Part shown: one piece after another, positions 47,714 to 57,667 of the stretch | Position numbering within the stretch: the stretch's first letter is position 1 | Layout of the letters: each line of letters opens with the position of its first letter | Assembly (NCBI GenBank): GCA_965116875.1 | Contig: OZ220733.1 | Coordinates: 1,152,001-1,216,000, forward strand | Source of the DNA: Candidatus Latescibacterota bacterium | GTDB lineage: Bacteria > Latescibacterota > UBA2968 > GCA-2709665 | Direction of reading: 5' to 3' | DNA: 64,000 bases | Translations under genes and position numbers: made by a program | Notes under the pieces: model-generated | Told to the model about the DNA's origin: nothing | The model's database searches: none | The model's input: only the letters and a program-made list of their open reading frames with translations

Positions 47714-49915
47714 ATGAGTTCCGACAGAACAGGGACCGGCCACGCCATTTCGACCCCGGACCTATCTGCATCCCGCCCTGGCGCCACCGGCGGCAGGCTG
47801 AACATCAGCAACTTCATCTGGAGCATTGCTGATGATGTCCTGCGAGATGTGTTCGGTCGGGGCAAATACCGGGATGTGATCCTGCCAATGACGGTCATCC
47901 GCCGTCTCGATTCCGTCTTGGAACCTACGAAAGAAGCGGTACTCCAGATGAAAGCCCGGCTCGACGCGGCGGGAGTGACGAACCAGGACGCAGCGCTGCG
48001 CCAGGCATCCGGCGAGGCCTTTTACAACGCCTCACCGTTCAAACTCCGTGATCTGACGTCACGTGCCAGACAGCAGCAGTTACATGCCGACTTTGTGGCT
48101 TACCTCGATGGCTTCTCGCCCAACGTGGTGGAGGTCCTGGAGAGGTTCAAGTTCCGCAATCAGATTCCTGAATTGGTGGAGAACGATTTGCTCGGGTTTC
48201 TACTGGAGAAATTCCTTGATCCTTCGATCAACCTCAGCCCCAAACCGGTGTTAAACGCCGTTGGGTCCGTTCGTCTGGAAGCTCTCGACAACCACGGAAT
48301 GGGCACTGTGTTCGAAGAACTGATCCGTCGGTTCAACGAGGAAAACAACGAGGAGGCCGGAGAGCATTTTACCCCTCGTGACGTCGTACAGCTGATGGCG
48401 CGGTTGATTTTCATACCGGTTGCTGACAAGGTCAAATCAGGCACCTACCTTGTATATGACGGCGCCTGCGGAACCGGCGGGATGCTGACCGTCGCCGAAG
48501 AGACCCTCACCCGGCTTGCAGCCGAGGACGGCAAGGAGGTCTCCGTTCATCTGTATGGCCAGGAGATCAACCCGGAAACCTACGCCATCAGCAAAGCCGA
48601 CCTGATCCTCAAAGGTGAAGGGGTGGAGGCCGACAACATGCGTTATGGCTCGACGCTTGCCGCCGACGCCTTCCCCGCCAATGAGTTCGACTTCATGTTG
48701 TCCAATCCACCCTACGGCAAGAGTTGGAAAGGCGACCTGGAACGCATGGGCGGGAAGTCGGGTATCCGGGACCCCCGATTCATCGTTGAGCATGACGGAG
48801 ATCCGGAATACTCACTCATCACTCGCTCCAGCGACGGACAGATGATGTTTCTGGTCAATATGCTAAGCAAGATGAAACAGGACACACCGCTCGGGAGCCG
48901 TATTGCTGAGGTACACAACGGGAGTTCGCTGTTCACTGGCAACGCCGGTCAGGGCGAGAGCAACATCCGTCGATGGATTATCGAAAACGATTGGCTTGAA
49001 GCGATCGTGGCGCTACCGTTGAACATGTTCTACAACACCGGTATCGCCACTTATATCTGGGTGTTGACAAACCGCAAACCGGAGCATCGGCGCGGCAAGG
49101 TGCAACTCATCGACGCAACACAATGGTCGAAACCGTTGCGCAAGAATCTCGGCAATAAGAACTGCGAGTTGTCGGACGAGGATCTGACGCGTATCTGCGA
49201 TACTTTTCTCGGCTTTGAGGAAAGCGAGCAGTCCAGGATCTTCCCGAACGAGGCATTCGGTTACTGGAGGGTCACAGTTGATCGGCCCTTGCGGCTCTCC
49301 GTTGATCTGTCGGCGGACCATCGCGAACGCTTCCGGTCAACGTGTAGCGACGAAGACGAAGACCCGCTTGCTGACGTCATCGATCGTGTGGCGGCGGTGC
49401 TGGGCCACGGGCCTCACAGAGACTTCAACCGGTTTCTGGACGTCGTCGCAGATTACGCACGCGAGTGCGGCCTGAAGCTGACAGCCGGACGCAAAAAGTT
49501 GATTCAGACTGTCCTTGCATCCCGCGACGATACGGCCGAGCCCGTGATCAAGAAAATCCATCGTACAGGAAACGTGGAAGCGGACCCCATCTGTGGGCTA
49601 TTCCAGGCCACATTAAACGGTCGGAGTCGCGTTGTCGAGTACGAACCCGATACCGAACTGAGAGACACCGAGCAGGTGGCTCTTCTCGAAGACGGCGGCA
49701 TCGAAAGTTTCCTGCGCCGGGAGGTGTTACCCTATGCGCCCGATGCCTGGTACGTCCCGGGCAGTGTCAAGGTCGGATACGAAGTCAGCTTCACGCGCTA
49801 CTTCTACAAACCGCAGCCAATGCGCACGCTGGAAGAAATACGCGCTGACATTCTGTCGCTGGAGAAGGAGACCGAGGGACTATTGGAGGAAATCCTCGGA
49901 GCTGCGGCCGAATAG
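47714..49915 (+). CDS. hsdM: type I restriction-modification methyltransferase subunit M
   Basis: FIWSIADDVLR, AGEHFTPRDVV, YDGACGTGGML (motif I), SNPPY (motif IV), MFYNTGIATYIW, GYEVSFTRYFY. Confidence 0.95.
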   Translation: MSSDRTGTGHAISTPDLSASRPGATGGRLNISNFIWSIADDVLRDVFGRGKYRDVILPMTVIRRLDSVLEPTKEAVLQMKARLDAAGVTNQDAALRQASGEAFYNASPFKLRDLTSRARQQQLHADFVAYLDGFSPNVVEVLERFKFRNQIPELVENDLLGFLLEKFLDPSINLSPKPVLNAVGSVRLEALDNHGMGTVFEELIRRFNEENNEEAGEHFTPRDVVQLMARLIFIPVADKVKSGTYLVYDGACGTGGMLTVAEETLTRLAAEDGKEVSVHLYGQEINPETYAISKADLILKGEGVEADNMRYGSTLAADAFPANEFDFMLSNPPYGKSWKGDLERMGGKSGIRDPRFIVEHDGDPEYSLITRSSDGQMMFLVNMLSKMKQDTPLGSRIAEVHNGSSLFTGNAGQGESNIRRWIIENDWLEAIVALPLNMFYNTGIATYIWVLTNRKPEHRRGKVQLIDATQWSKPLRKNLGNKNCELSDEDLTRICDTFLGFEESEQSRIFPNEAFGYWRVTVDRPLRLSVDLSADHRERFRSTCSDEDEDPLADVIDRVAAVLGHGPHRDFNRFLDVVADYARECGLKLTAGRKKLIQTVLASRDDTAEPVIKKIHRTGNVEADPICGLFQATLNGRSRVVEYEPDTELRDTEQVALLEDGGIESFLRREVLPYAPDAWYVPGSVKVGYEVSFTRYFYKPQPMRTLEEIRADILSLEKETEGLLEEILGAAAE

Positions 49916-50043
49916 CTTCGCTTTCGGGCGCAGCTCTTTACAAGGGGTGGCTTCTTACCCATATTAGATACGGCCACAAAAAATAAGAGAGTGACCCGCT
50001 GCTCGGTATATTCGGGCGAGATGTACTACAATGGAGACATTGC

Positions 50044-50982
50044 ATGACTCCTGACTTAGCAAATATCCAAAAACTTCTTCTGCAACTCAGCGAAAATGGG
50101 TTGGCGTTTTTTTCGGGGATTGAGAAACTGAATGATGAACGCTTCAGAACCAACCACTACGAAGCCGATTACTACTGGATAAAACTGGATAATTCGACTC
50201 GCCAAGCATCCATCAAACTTCAATCTGACTTGCTACAGATTATTAATCTAATTGCCAATTGCATGAAGCAGGCGTCATTGTTGACCGAGGCGGACAGGAG
50301 GGACTTGGGTACCTGGACCAAAACTGTCCGTGCATCTTTACGGTTGAGACGGTACCGCTATTGGGATGCCGAGTTGCTGCATGACGAGGGTACAGTACTG
50401 GGTATTCAGCAAGCTGGCCAATCCGATACGGATCCTGTCCCGCCGGACGAGGCCTGTCGCGAATTTGAAAGTGGTATTTCAAATTTGATTGGATTGGTCG
50501 ACATTCTCGACATTTCTCCTACCCTTTCTGCAGATGAGTACCGAGTCAATCCACAAGCTACCGCTGAGTACGAACCAGATTCAGCATTTGTAATGATGCA
50601 AATCGATCCAGATATTCCAGAATTGGAGGATTGCTACAACACGATCAAGGATTGTTTCGCTCGGTTTGGGATCAATGCAATCAGGGCTGATGAAATCGAA
50701 CATGAAGACGTAATTACGGAAAAGATCAGGGAAAAAATCAGAACATCGGAGTTTCTAATCGCAGATTTGACTGGCGAACGGCCAAGTGTCTATTACGAAA
50801 TTGGATACGCACATGCGCTAAGCCGGAAGGTGATAATGTATCGCGATAGGAGCAGTAAACTGCATTTCGACCTTGCGGGATACAATTGCCCCGAATACAC
50901 CAATTTGTCTGACCTAAGGAGAAAGTTAATGCGTCGCATCGAACAAATGACAAACCGGAAGCCACAGATTGTCGGCCCATAA
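50044..50982 (+). CDS. protein with unknown helical N-domain and C-terminal nucleoside 2-deoxyribosyltransferase/TIR-like domain
   Basis: AFVMM...RADEIEH..IT..I..I..SEFLIADLTGERPSVYYEIGYAHAL.RKVI...LHFD. Confidence 0.75.
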   Translation: MTPDLANIQKLLLQLSENGLAFFSGIEKLNDERFRTNHYEADYYWIKLDNSTRQASIKLQSDLLQIINLIANCMKQASLLTEADRRDLGTWTKTVRASLRLRRYRYWDAELLHDEGTVLGIQQAGQSDTDPVPPDEACREFESGISNLIGLVDILDISPTLSADEYRVNPQATAEYEPDSAFVMMQIDPDIPELEDCYNTIKDCFARFGINAIRADEIEHEDVITEKIREKIRTSEFLIADLTGERPSVYYEIGYAHALSRKVIMYRDRSSKLHFDLAGYNCPEYTNLSDLRRKLMRRIEQMTNRKPQIVGP

Positions 50983-51285
50983 TGTATCCGCAACAAGGCA
51001 CCGCCTTCAGTCTGTTTAGGTGCCCCTCTGTCACACTGGGCGTTCGATAAGACGGATACCGATTGTTGGAGTGCGATTGTTGATTTCTGTGGAGGGTGGA
51101 ATATCCGGACGCGAACCTCTGGGTTTTACGGCATGTCGTCTATGAATTGCGAGGACTATTGGGAGCGGTATACATAGAGAAAATGCGAAGTGCGCACTTG
51201 GGCTATTTCAGTCGAATGACCACAATTCTAGAGCAATTCGCCTTTCTCAGTATTTTGAATCTTGTGGCACGCAAGGGAGATCGCA

Positions 51286-52266
51286 ATGTGTATACGTACT
51301 GATGACAGAGATATTCAAGCCAGGCAGCCTGTCAGGGTCCTTGAGCACGACCTCCCCGCGTGGTTTGAATGCAAGTACCCAAATTTCAGACAAGAACTTA
51401 AGGCAAAATGTCAGCATCATCCCAACGCCGGCCTGATCAAGTACAATATCGATGAGATCCCGGTAAGGTGTGCCTTGCCTTTTGTGAAACGGGACGGAGA
51501 AATAGTGCTATACGAGGTGTTTCTGTCGTATATATGGGCTTTATGCTATGCCTTTTTGGTCATCTTCGATGAATCAATACATGGACCACGGGCTGGAATA
51601 CAGCCTGCTCATGGGATGGGACTAGGCCGTTTCCTCGATGGAGCCAACAAGCTATTTGATTATGGTCTAAGTCTGTTGGATGCTTTTCAATCGTGGCCCA
51701 AGGAATTACCTAGTCCCGAAACCTGCAACGATGTTAACACCTATTATGTTGAAAAGGCGAATGGGATATACTTAGCTGCGGCTGATTTCATTTTATGCCA
51801 CGAGTTTGCACACATTGCTTGCGGTCATTTCGATAAGACGAACGATACCCCCCGTAAAATACTAGAACGGGAGGCGGATCTTATCGCTTTGGATTGGGTC
51901 ATGAATGGCATCCGAGAACCGGAGCGACCTCAAACAACAGTAGCCTTCGGGGCAGTCGCTGGTCTTGGATCCTTGATCTTTCTCGGTCGACGCTTGACCT
52001 CACGCACACATCCAGACATAGATGAACGAATTGCTAATGTCATGACAAGATTCCCCATTGAAGATCGAGATAATCTTTGGGGTATCGCGACGGTCTTCTT
52101 TTTTTTGTGGAAGGAACGCTTTAAGGTGAGTTTGAAATTCGCGAACGAATATGATACCTACAGGGTGTTGTTTGAAGATATTATACGCCAACTCCAGCCC
52201 CTGAAGGGAAACAGTTCCCAAGACCGGAGATTCGATAGTTTGATCACAGTTCGGCAATTGGACTGA
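51286..52266 (+). CDS. Lit-like (peptidase U49) phage-exclusion zinc metalloprotease
   Basis: FILCHEFAHIACGH, EREAD.IA, THPDIDERI; I.LYE.FLSYIW segment; defence-island context. Confidence 0.72.
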   Translation: MCIRTDDRDIQARQPVRVLEHDLPAWFECKYPNFRQELKAKCQHHPNAGLIKYNIDEIPVRCALPFVKRDGEIVLYEVFLSYIWALCYAFLVIFDESIHGPRAGIQPAHGMGLGRFLDGANKLFDYGLSLLDAFQSWPKELPSPETCNDVNTYYVEKANGIYLAAADFILCHEFAHIACGHFDKTNDTPRKILEREADLIALDWVMNGIREPERPQTTVAFGAVAGLGSLIFLGRRLTSRTHPDIDERIANVMTRFPIEDRDNLWGIATVFFFLWKERFKVSLKFANEYDTYRVLFEDIIRQLQPLKGNSSQDRRFDSLITVRQLD

Positions 52267-52511
52267 AATAGACATTTCCATGTTCGGTAAACAGGCCTAC
52301 GAATTGATTCCTGTCAATTCAGAAAGATGTTGTGACACTGTTTGCAAATATCCAAAGCGAAATATTATATCGCGAATACTGCGAGATCTAATTGCGCAAC
52401 ATAGCAGGAATCAAAATCAAGGCGCGGTGTCAAAGTCTCGGTAAATACGATGATACTTGCGTTGCGTTGCGCTGCCCGTCCTTCGATGTGTCGTAGATTT
52501 AGGAATTCGAA

Positions 52512-52991
52512 ATGTCTGATAATGTAAGCCCAAGAACCAGAAGTCGCATGATGTCAGCTATCCGAGGCAAGAACACAAAGGTGGAATTGGAGATTCGTCG
52601 ACGCCTCTTTGAGATGGGTTTTCGATATCGCCTCTACCGAAAGGATCTTCCAGGTACACCGGACCTGGTGTTTCCGAAATATCGCTCCGTGATTTTTGTC
52701 CATGGGTGCTTCTGGCACTACCACGGATGCCACTTATCCGCAATACCTCAGACACGCCGATTATGGTGGATCACGAAACTTCAAGCGAATGCAGATCGTG
52801 ATGCCTTGGCTGTAACTGCGTTGAAGCGACTCCATTGGCGAATCTTGATTGTCTGGGAATGTGGTTTCAGAAGACCCAAGACAGACCGCGCGGGAGCACT
52901 TGATTCAATTGCGACGCTGGCTGCGAAATTCTTGAGATCACAAACGGAATTTTTGGAGATCCCAGGAGCACGATGCGTTCCGACCGAATAG
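52512..52991 (+). CDS. vsr: very short patch repair endonuclease
   Basis: RSRMMSAIRGKNTKVE, GFRYRL, LPGTPDLVF, IFVHGCFWHYHGC, N..RD, WRILIVWEC. Confidence 0.95.
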   Translation: MSDNVSPRTRSRMMSAIRGKNTKVELEIRRRLFEMGFRYRLYRKDLPGTPDLVFPKYRSVIFVHGCFWHYHGCHLSAIPQTRRLWWITKLQANADRDALAVTALKRLHWRILIVWECGFRRPKTDRAGALDSIATLAAKFLRSQTEFLEIPGARCVPTE

Positions 52992-53119
52992 AAAATTGAA
53001 GTGTGTGTTTCACCAAGCTCAAATGTGCCACCTGACGGCTGCGAACACTCGCAAAAAGTATCAAGGGCGATGGCGAATCACTTGCAGATTGATATGGTAG
53101 GAAGGTTGTGTTTGGAGAA

Positions 53120-54382
53120 ATGAACGAAGCACCACGATTTCTGGATCTTTTCGCCGGTGCCGGTGGGCTGTCCGAAGGATTCATACAGGCTGGATACGTG
53201 CCGGTTGCTCATGTTGACTCAGATCAGGCAGCGTGCTTCACACTTCGTACGCGAATGGCGTACCATTGGCTGAAATCCAACGGTCGTACGGATTTTTACG
53301 GTGATTATCTCAATGGCACGCTAGACCGCAAGGCGTTTTATGCTGAGGTACCATCCGATGTGATCTCATCGGTCATTCATGCTGAAATCGGCGATGCGAC
53401 GCTGCCGGAAATTTTCAGAAGAGTTGATGACTTAGTCGGCGACAGAGGACTCGACGTGATTGTCGGTGGCCCACCCTGTCAGGCATATTCCTTAATTGGC
53501 CGCTCACGTGTTGGAAAGGAGATGAAAAGTGACAAAAGGAATTATCTGTACAGCTACTATGCGGAATTCCTGAGACGATACGCGCCGCGGTTTTTCGTCT
53601 TTGAGAATGTTATCGGCCTTCTTTCGGCCAAGAATGAAGACAACAGTCACTATTTCGACGCAATGAAACGTCTATTTCGTCAGTTCGGCTATGAATCCGA
53701 GTCCAGAACGCTATCTGCCGAAGATTATGGAGTGTTGCAGAGACGACGACGGATAATTCTCGTTGGCCGCAGAGGCAAGGAAACCGGGTTTTACCCGGAA
53801 CCCAACAGGTGGAACCCCGACGCCTGTGTAAAGGAAGTATTCGTGGACTTGCCTGCGCTTTCCGCAGGTGAAGGATCTACGGGGCCGTGTGATATTGACC
53901 AATACTGCGGAAGTTGGCAATTCGACGCTAATGTCAGAAATGAAGCACTTCCCGTTACTTGGCATCAGGCACGACCCCACACGGATCAAGATCTCGAAAT
54001 CTACCGCATCGCGGTTGATCTGTGGGACTCGAAGCAAATCCGCTTGAAGTACAATCTGCTTGAGAATCGTCTCACGACACACAAAAATCAAGGTTCATTT
54101 TTGGATAGATTCAAGGTTGTCGCTTCGAATCTACCTTACTCACAGGCTGTGGTTGCGCATATCGCCAAGGATGGCCACTATTACATTCATCCAGATAGGG
54201 ATCAAAACAGATCGATTACACCACGGGAGGCCGCTCGTTTACAGACATTCCCCGATGATTATTTCTTTGAGAGTAGCAATCGCGTACCTCGCCGAACTCC
54301 TGCATTTCGCCAGATCGGCAATGCAGTACCGGTGCTCTTGGCCCGAAAATTGGCAGAAAAGTTGAAGGAGGTTCTGTCGTGA
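53120..54382 (+). CDS. dcm: C5 DNA cytosine methyltransferase
   Basis: DLFAGAGG, GGPPCQ, FENV, Q.R.R, R.ITPREAARLQTFPD, QIGNAVP. Confidence 0.95.
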   Translation: MNEAPRFLDLFAGAGGLSEGFIQAGYVPVAHVDSDQAACFTLRTRMAYHWLKSNGRTDFYGDYLNGTLDRKAFYAEVPSDVISSVIHAEIGDATLPEIFRRVDDLVGDRGLDVIVGGPPCQAYSLIGRSRVGKEMKSDKRNYLYSYYAEFLRRYAPRFFVFENVIGLLSAKNEDNSHYFDAMKRLFRQFGYESESRTLSAEDYGVLQRRRRIILVGRRGKETGFYPEPNRWNPDACVKEVFVDLPALSAGEGSTGPCDIDQYCGSWQFDANVRNEALPVTWHQARPHTDQDLEIYRIAVDLWDSKQIRLKYNLLENRLTTHKNQGSFLDRFKVVASNLPYSQAVVAHIAKDGHYYIHPDRDQNRSITPREAARLQTFPDDYFFESSNRVPRRTPAFRQIGNAVPVLLARKLAEKLKEVLS

Positions 54383-56529
54383 GTCCAAGCGGAGCATACA
54401 GGATACGACCTGCCGGCAGGCACATCCTTACCATCGGCCGCGACTTGATTCAAGACGCGTACGCGGCCGTCGTGGAACTGGTCAAGAACGCGTACGATGC
54501 CGATTCGAGCAACGTGAATATCGATTTCGCCGCAAATCCGGACAAAGACGGATATACTCTTGTCGTTTGCGACGATGGTCACGGCATGTCCAGAGATGAT
54601 GTAATCAACAAGTGGATGGTACCATCAACCACCGACAAGCTTGACAGGCGCAGAAGTCCTGCCGGAAGGATCATGCAGGGACGCAAAGGTGTGGGACGCT
54701 ATGCAGCTTCCATTCTGGGAACGGACATGCTCCTGGAGACTACAACCGCCACAGGAGAAAAGACAACCGTATATGTCGAGTGGCGGGAATTTGCAGATGC
54801 TCAATACTTGGACGATGTAGAGATCCTGATTGAGACTGCGAAAGTTGCCGAACAGGCAGGTACTCGCCTCACAATGAACGGAGACAAAGCGCTTCTTGAT
54901 GAATGGAACAGTCACCAGTTTCGCAAACTACAATTCGAACTGAAAAAGCTGATTTCGCCCGTGGCGTCCGCTCTCAGCAATGAAAAATTCCGCGTTAATC
55001 TGCAGACAAGAGGCTTTGCTGAAACAGAAGACATCACAGATTCTATCGAACCCTTCCCGCTCTTCGACCTCTTTGACTACAGGATTAGAGGTAAGGTTGG
55101 TGTTGATGGCACGGGAGACTTAGTGTATTCGATACAGAAGGTCCAAAACGCCGTCGACGAAAATATACGAATCGCGCTAGAGAGACCGACAGGATGTGGT
55201 GAGTTGGATTTCGACATCCGGGTGTATGACAGGGAAAAGGACGCGATAGATTCTTTGATCCAGCGCGGTTTGAAGGATGATTCAGGCCACTATGTTGGAA
55301 AACTCGAGACAAGGCGGCTACTGAACTACTACAATGGCATTGGTGTTTATCGAAATGGATTCCGTATACGGCCACTGGGTGATGCGGAATTCGACTGGTT
55401 AAAACTCAATGAGAGAAGAGTGCAGAATCCTTCAATGAGGATAGGCAGCAATCAGGCAATTGGATATGTGCAGATTCAATCCGATGATAAGTCCGGACTC
55501 ATCGAAAAGAGTGCAAGGGATGGACTAAGGGAAAACAGCGCCTTTGATCGACTTAAGGAAATAACCCGAGAAATAATTACAAACCTCGAAGTGCGACGTT
55601 TCGATTACAGACGAAGGGCTGGTCTGGGCAAACCGGCCCTAAAAGTCGAACGAGAGTTGGAGAGTCTTTTTTCGTACGATGATTTGAGACAGGAATTAGA
55701 GACACAACTCACCAAGGCGAACGTCGGCAAGACAACCACGAACGAAATCATCGCGGCAGTCAATCGCGAAGAGGAAGATAAGAACCGGATCGCAGATGAA
55801 ATCAAACAGGCGGTTGCCATCTATCAGGGCCAAGCGACCCTGGGAAAAATCATAAACGTGATTCTTCATGAAGGCAGAAGACCACTCAGTTACTTCCGAA
55901 ACGAAATATCAAACCTCAGATTCTGGTACGAATCGCTTACGGAAACCAATGACCTGCGGAAACTTGAGAAAATTATGCCAATTGTGGATGGTGTAGCAGA
56001 CAATGCAGAAATCTTCGTAAAGCTCTTCAACAGACTTGATCCCCTAGCAGCAGGAAAACGATCCAAGAAAGAACCACTGCAACTGACGGTCACGATACGG
56101 AAGATACTTGAAGTATTCGGAGAAGAAATGAAGACGCACAATGTGAATTCTCAAGTTACAGGTTCTGACGGCTTTGAATTCTCCTGCTGGGCTCAGGACA
56201 TTTATTCGATTTTCACGAATCTCGTCGATAACAGCCTTTACTGGATGATTGAAAAACCCACACGGAACCGTAGAATTATGATCGAGGTCGCCACAGATGG
56301 CGATGAACTTAGCCATATCGATTACCACGACACCGGTCCGGGGATTGACCGGAGTCTAATTGAAAGCGAAGTAATCTTCGAACCTGAGTTTTCAACTAAG
56401 CCAGACGGCACGGGTCTGGGCCTAGCGATTGCGGGTGAATCGGCCACCAGAAACAATCTGGAACTCCGTGCTTTCGAATCGGAAAACGGAGCTTGGTTCA
56501 GGCTGCAACCACGAACGGAGAGTGCATAA
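54379..56529 (+). CDS. MORC-like GHKL ATPase fused to a histidine kinase
   Basis: N-terminal ELVKNAYDAD, DDGHGM, GRKGVGR, GTRL; C-terminal H-box ILHEGRRP, N-box NLVDNS, G1 DTGPGI, F-box IFEPEFSTK, G2 GTGLGL. No transmembrane segment. Confidence 0.88.
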   Translation: MSPSGAYRIRPAGRHILTIGRDLIQDAYAAVVELVKNAYDADSSNVNIDFAANPDKDGYTLVVCDDGHGMSRDDVINKWMVPSTTDKLDRRRSPAGRIMQGRKGVGRYAASILGTDMLLETTTATGEKTTVYVEWREFADAQYLDDVEILIETAKVAEQAGTRLTMNGDKALLDEWNSHQFRKLQFELKKLISPVASALSNEKFRVNLQTRGFAETEDITDSIEPFPLFDLFDYRIRGKVGVDGTGDLVYSIQKVQNAVDENIRIALERPTGCGELDFDIRVYDREKDAIDSLIQRGLKDDSGHYVGKLETRRLLNYYNGIGVYRNGFRIRPLGDAEFDWLKLNERRVQNPSMRIGSNQAIGYVQIQSDDKSGLIEKSARDGLRENSAFDRLKEITREIITNLEVRRFDYRRRAGLGKPALKVERELESLFSYDDLRQELETQLTKANVGKTTTNEIIAAVNREEEDKNRIADEIKQAVAIYQGQATLGKIINVILHEGRRPLSYFRNEISNLRFWYESLTETNDLRKLEKIMPIVDGVADNAEIFVKLFNRLDPLAAGKRSKKEPLQLTVTIRKILEVFGEEMKTHNVNSQVTGSDGFEFSCWAQDIYSIFTNLVDNSLYWMIEKPTRNRRIMIEVATDGDELSHIDYHDTGPGIDRSLIESEVIFEPEFSTKPDGTGLGLAIAGESATRNNLELRAFESENGAWFRLQPRTESA

Positions 56530-57602
56530 TGAGCCAATTTAGGCTGCTTTTGGTTGAAGATGAAGAGCAGGAAATCCAAATATGCGAGAATTCTATTGCA
56601 AGGTATTTCGACCAAAAAGGAAGAAAAATCGAAATGGATGTATGTCGAAGTGTTGAAGAAGCTCTAAAGACACTGGATAGCACATTTGATGGTGCAATCA
56701 TCGACCTAAAACTGGCAGATCAAGGTGACGAAGGAAGCCAGGTAGTTGAAGAGATCGAGGAGTCTTTCTTTCGCATTCCGGTCGCGATATTGACAGGAAC
56801 ACCTGATAACGCGAGTGACGACTTTAAATACATCGGAGTCTTCACAAAAGGGGAAATTGAATACATAGATTTATTCGATCGTTTCTGGGGAATCTACATT
56901 ACAGGAATGACACGAATCGTAGGTGGCCGCGGTCTTATCGAAGAGACGTTGAGTAGAGTGTTTCGCGAAAACCTTCTACCTAAGACGAAACAATGGGAAG
57001 CCTATGGAGAGCAGGATTCTACCAGGACCGAGAAGGCCCTTCTTCGTCATACACTTAACCATCTGTCTCAGCTTATTGAAGAAGACGAGGATAGCTGTTT
57101 TCCCGAAGAAGTGTATTTAGCACCTCCTCTTTCCGACGATATTTCAACTGGGAGTATACTTAAAGATCTAGAAGATGAAGCGTGGTTCGTCGTCATGAAC
57201 CCCACTTGCGATCTTGTCGTACGGGAAGATGGCGAGCGCAATACGGACTGGATTCTCCTCGCCGCAGTTGATCCTGCAAACGAGTTATTTCCATGGTTTG
57301 ACGATGCAAATCTGAGCAAGGCAAAGCGGGGAGAGTTGAAAAGCGCGTTTACCAACAAGAAGGCACCTTATTATCACTGGCTTCCCAAAACCGATTTCTT
57401 TAGCGGTGGATTTTTAAATTTCAGGAAAGTCTCGACGATGCCAGAAAAGTCGTTATCTGAGAGATTCGCCTTACCTCCTGGAATTCAGATATCGCCATCT
57501 TTCACAAAGGATGTAATAGCACGGTTTTCCTCATACTACGCCCGTCAGGGTCAACCAGCCATAGACTACAGCAAGTTTCTTGCATCAGGTGCCGAAGTTT
57601 AA
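56529..57602 (+). CDS. response-regulator receiver domain protein with uncharacterised C-terminal domain
   Basis: LLVEDE, DGAIIDLKL (phospho-Asp), ILTG, FTK; C-terminal VMNPTCDL and RFSSYYARQGQP; TAATG overlap with the kinase. Confidence 0.85.
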   Translation: MSQFRLLLVEDEEQEIQICENSIARYFDQKGRKIEMDVCRSVEEALKTLDSTFDGAIIDLKLADQGDEGSQVVEEIEESFFRIPVAILTGTPDNASDDFKYIGVFTKGEIEYIDLFDRFWGIYITGMTRIVGGRGLIEETLSRVFRENLLPKTKQWEAYGEQDSTRTEKALLRHTLNHLSQLIEEDEDSCFPEEVYLAPPLSDDISTGSILKDLEDEAWFVVMNPTCDLVVREDGERNTDWILLAAVDPANELFPWFDDANLSKAKRGELKSAFTNKKAPYYHWLPKTDFFSGGFLNFRKVSTMPEKSLSERFALPPGIQISPSFTKDVIARFSSYYARQGQPAIDYSKFLASGAEV

Positions 57603-57667
57603 ACCTAGCGTTGCCACATATTCAGCGCAACGCAGAACTGGTTCCTAGCTGAAAAACGGGGCGTACG

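Noticed and set aside
51096-51302. 68-aa ORF between the NDT-like and Lit-like genes
   Set aside because: Short, with no recognisable motifs, and it overlaps the Lit-like start; insufficient support.
49916-52511. Possible integron cassette array (AT-rich co-oriented genes with spacers)
   Set aside because: No convincing attC (RYYYAAC...GTTRRRY with paired arms) was seen in the spacers, and there is no integrase in the window.
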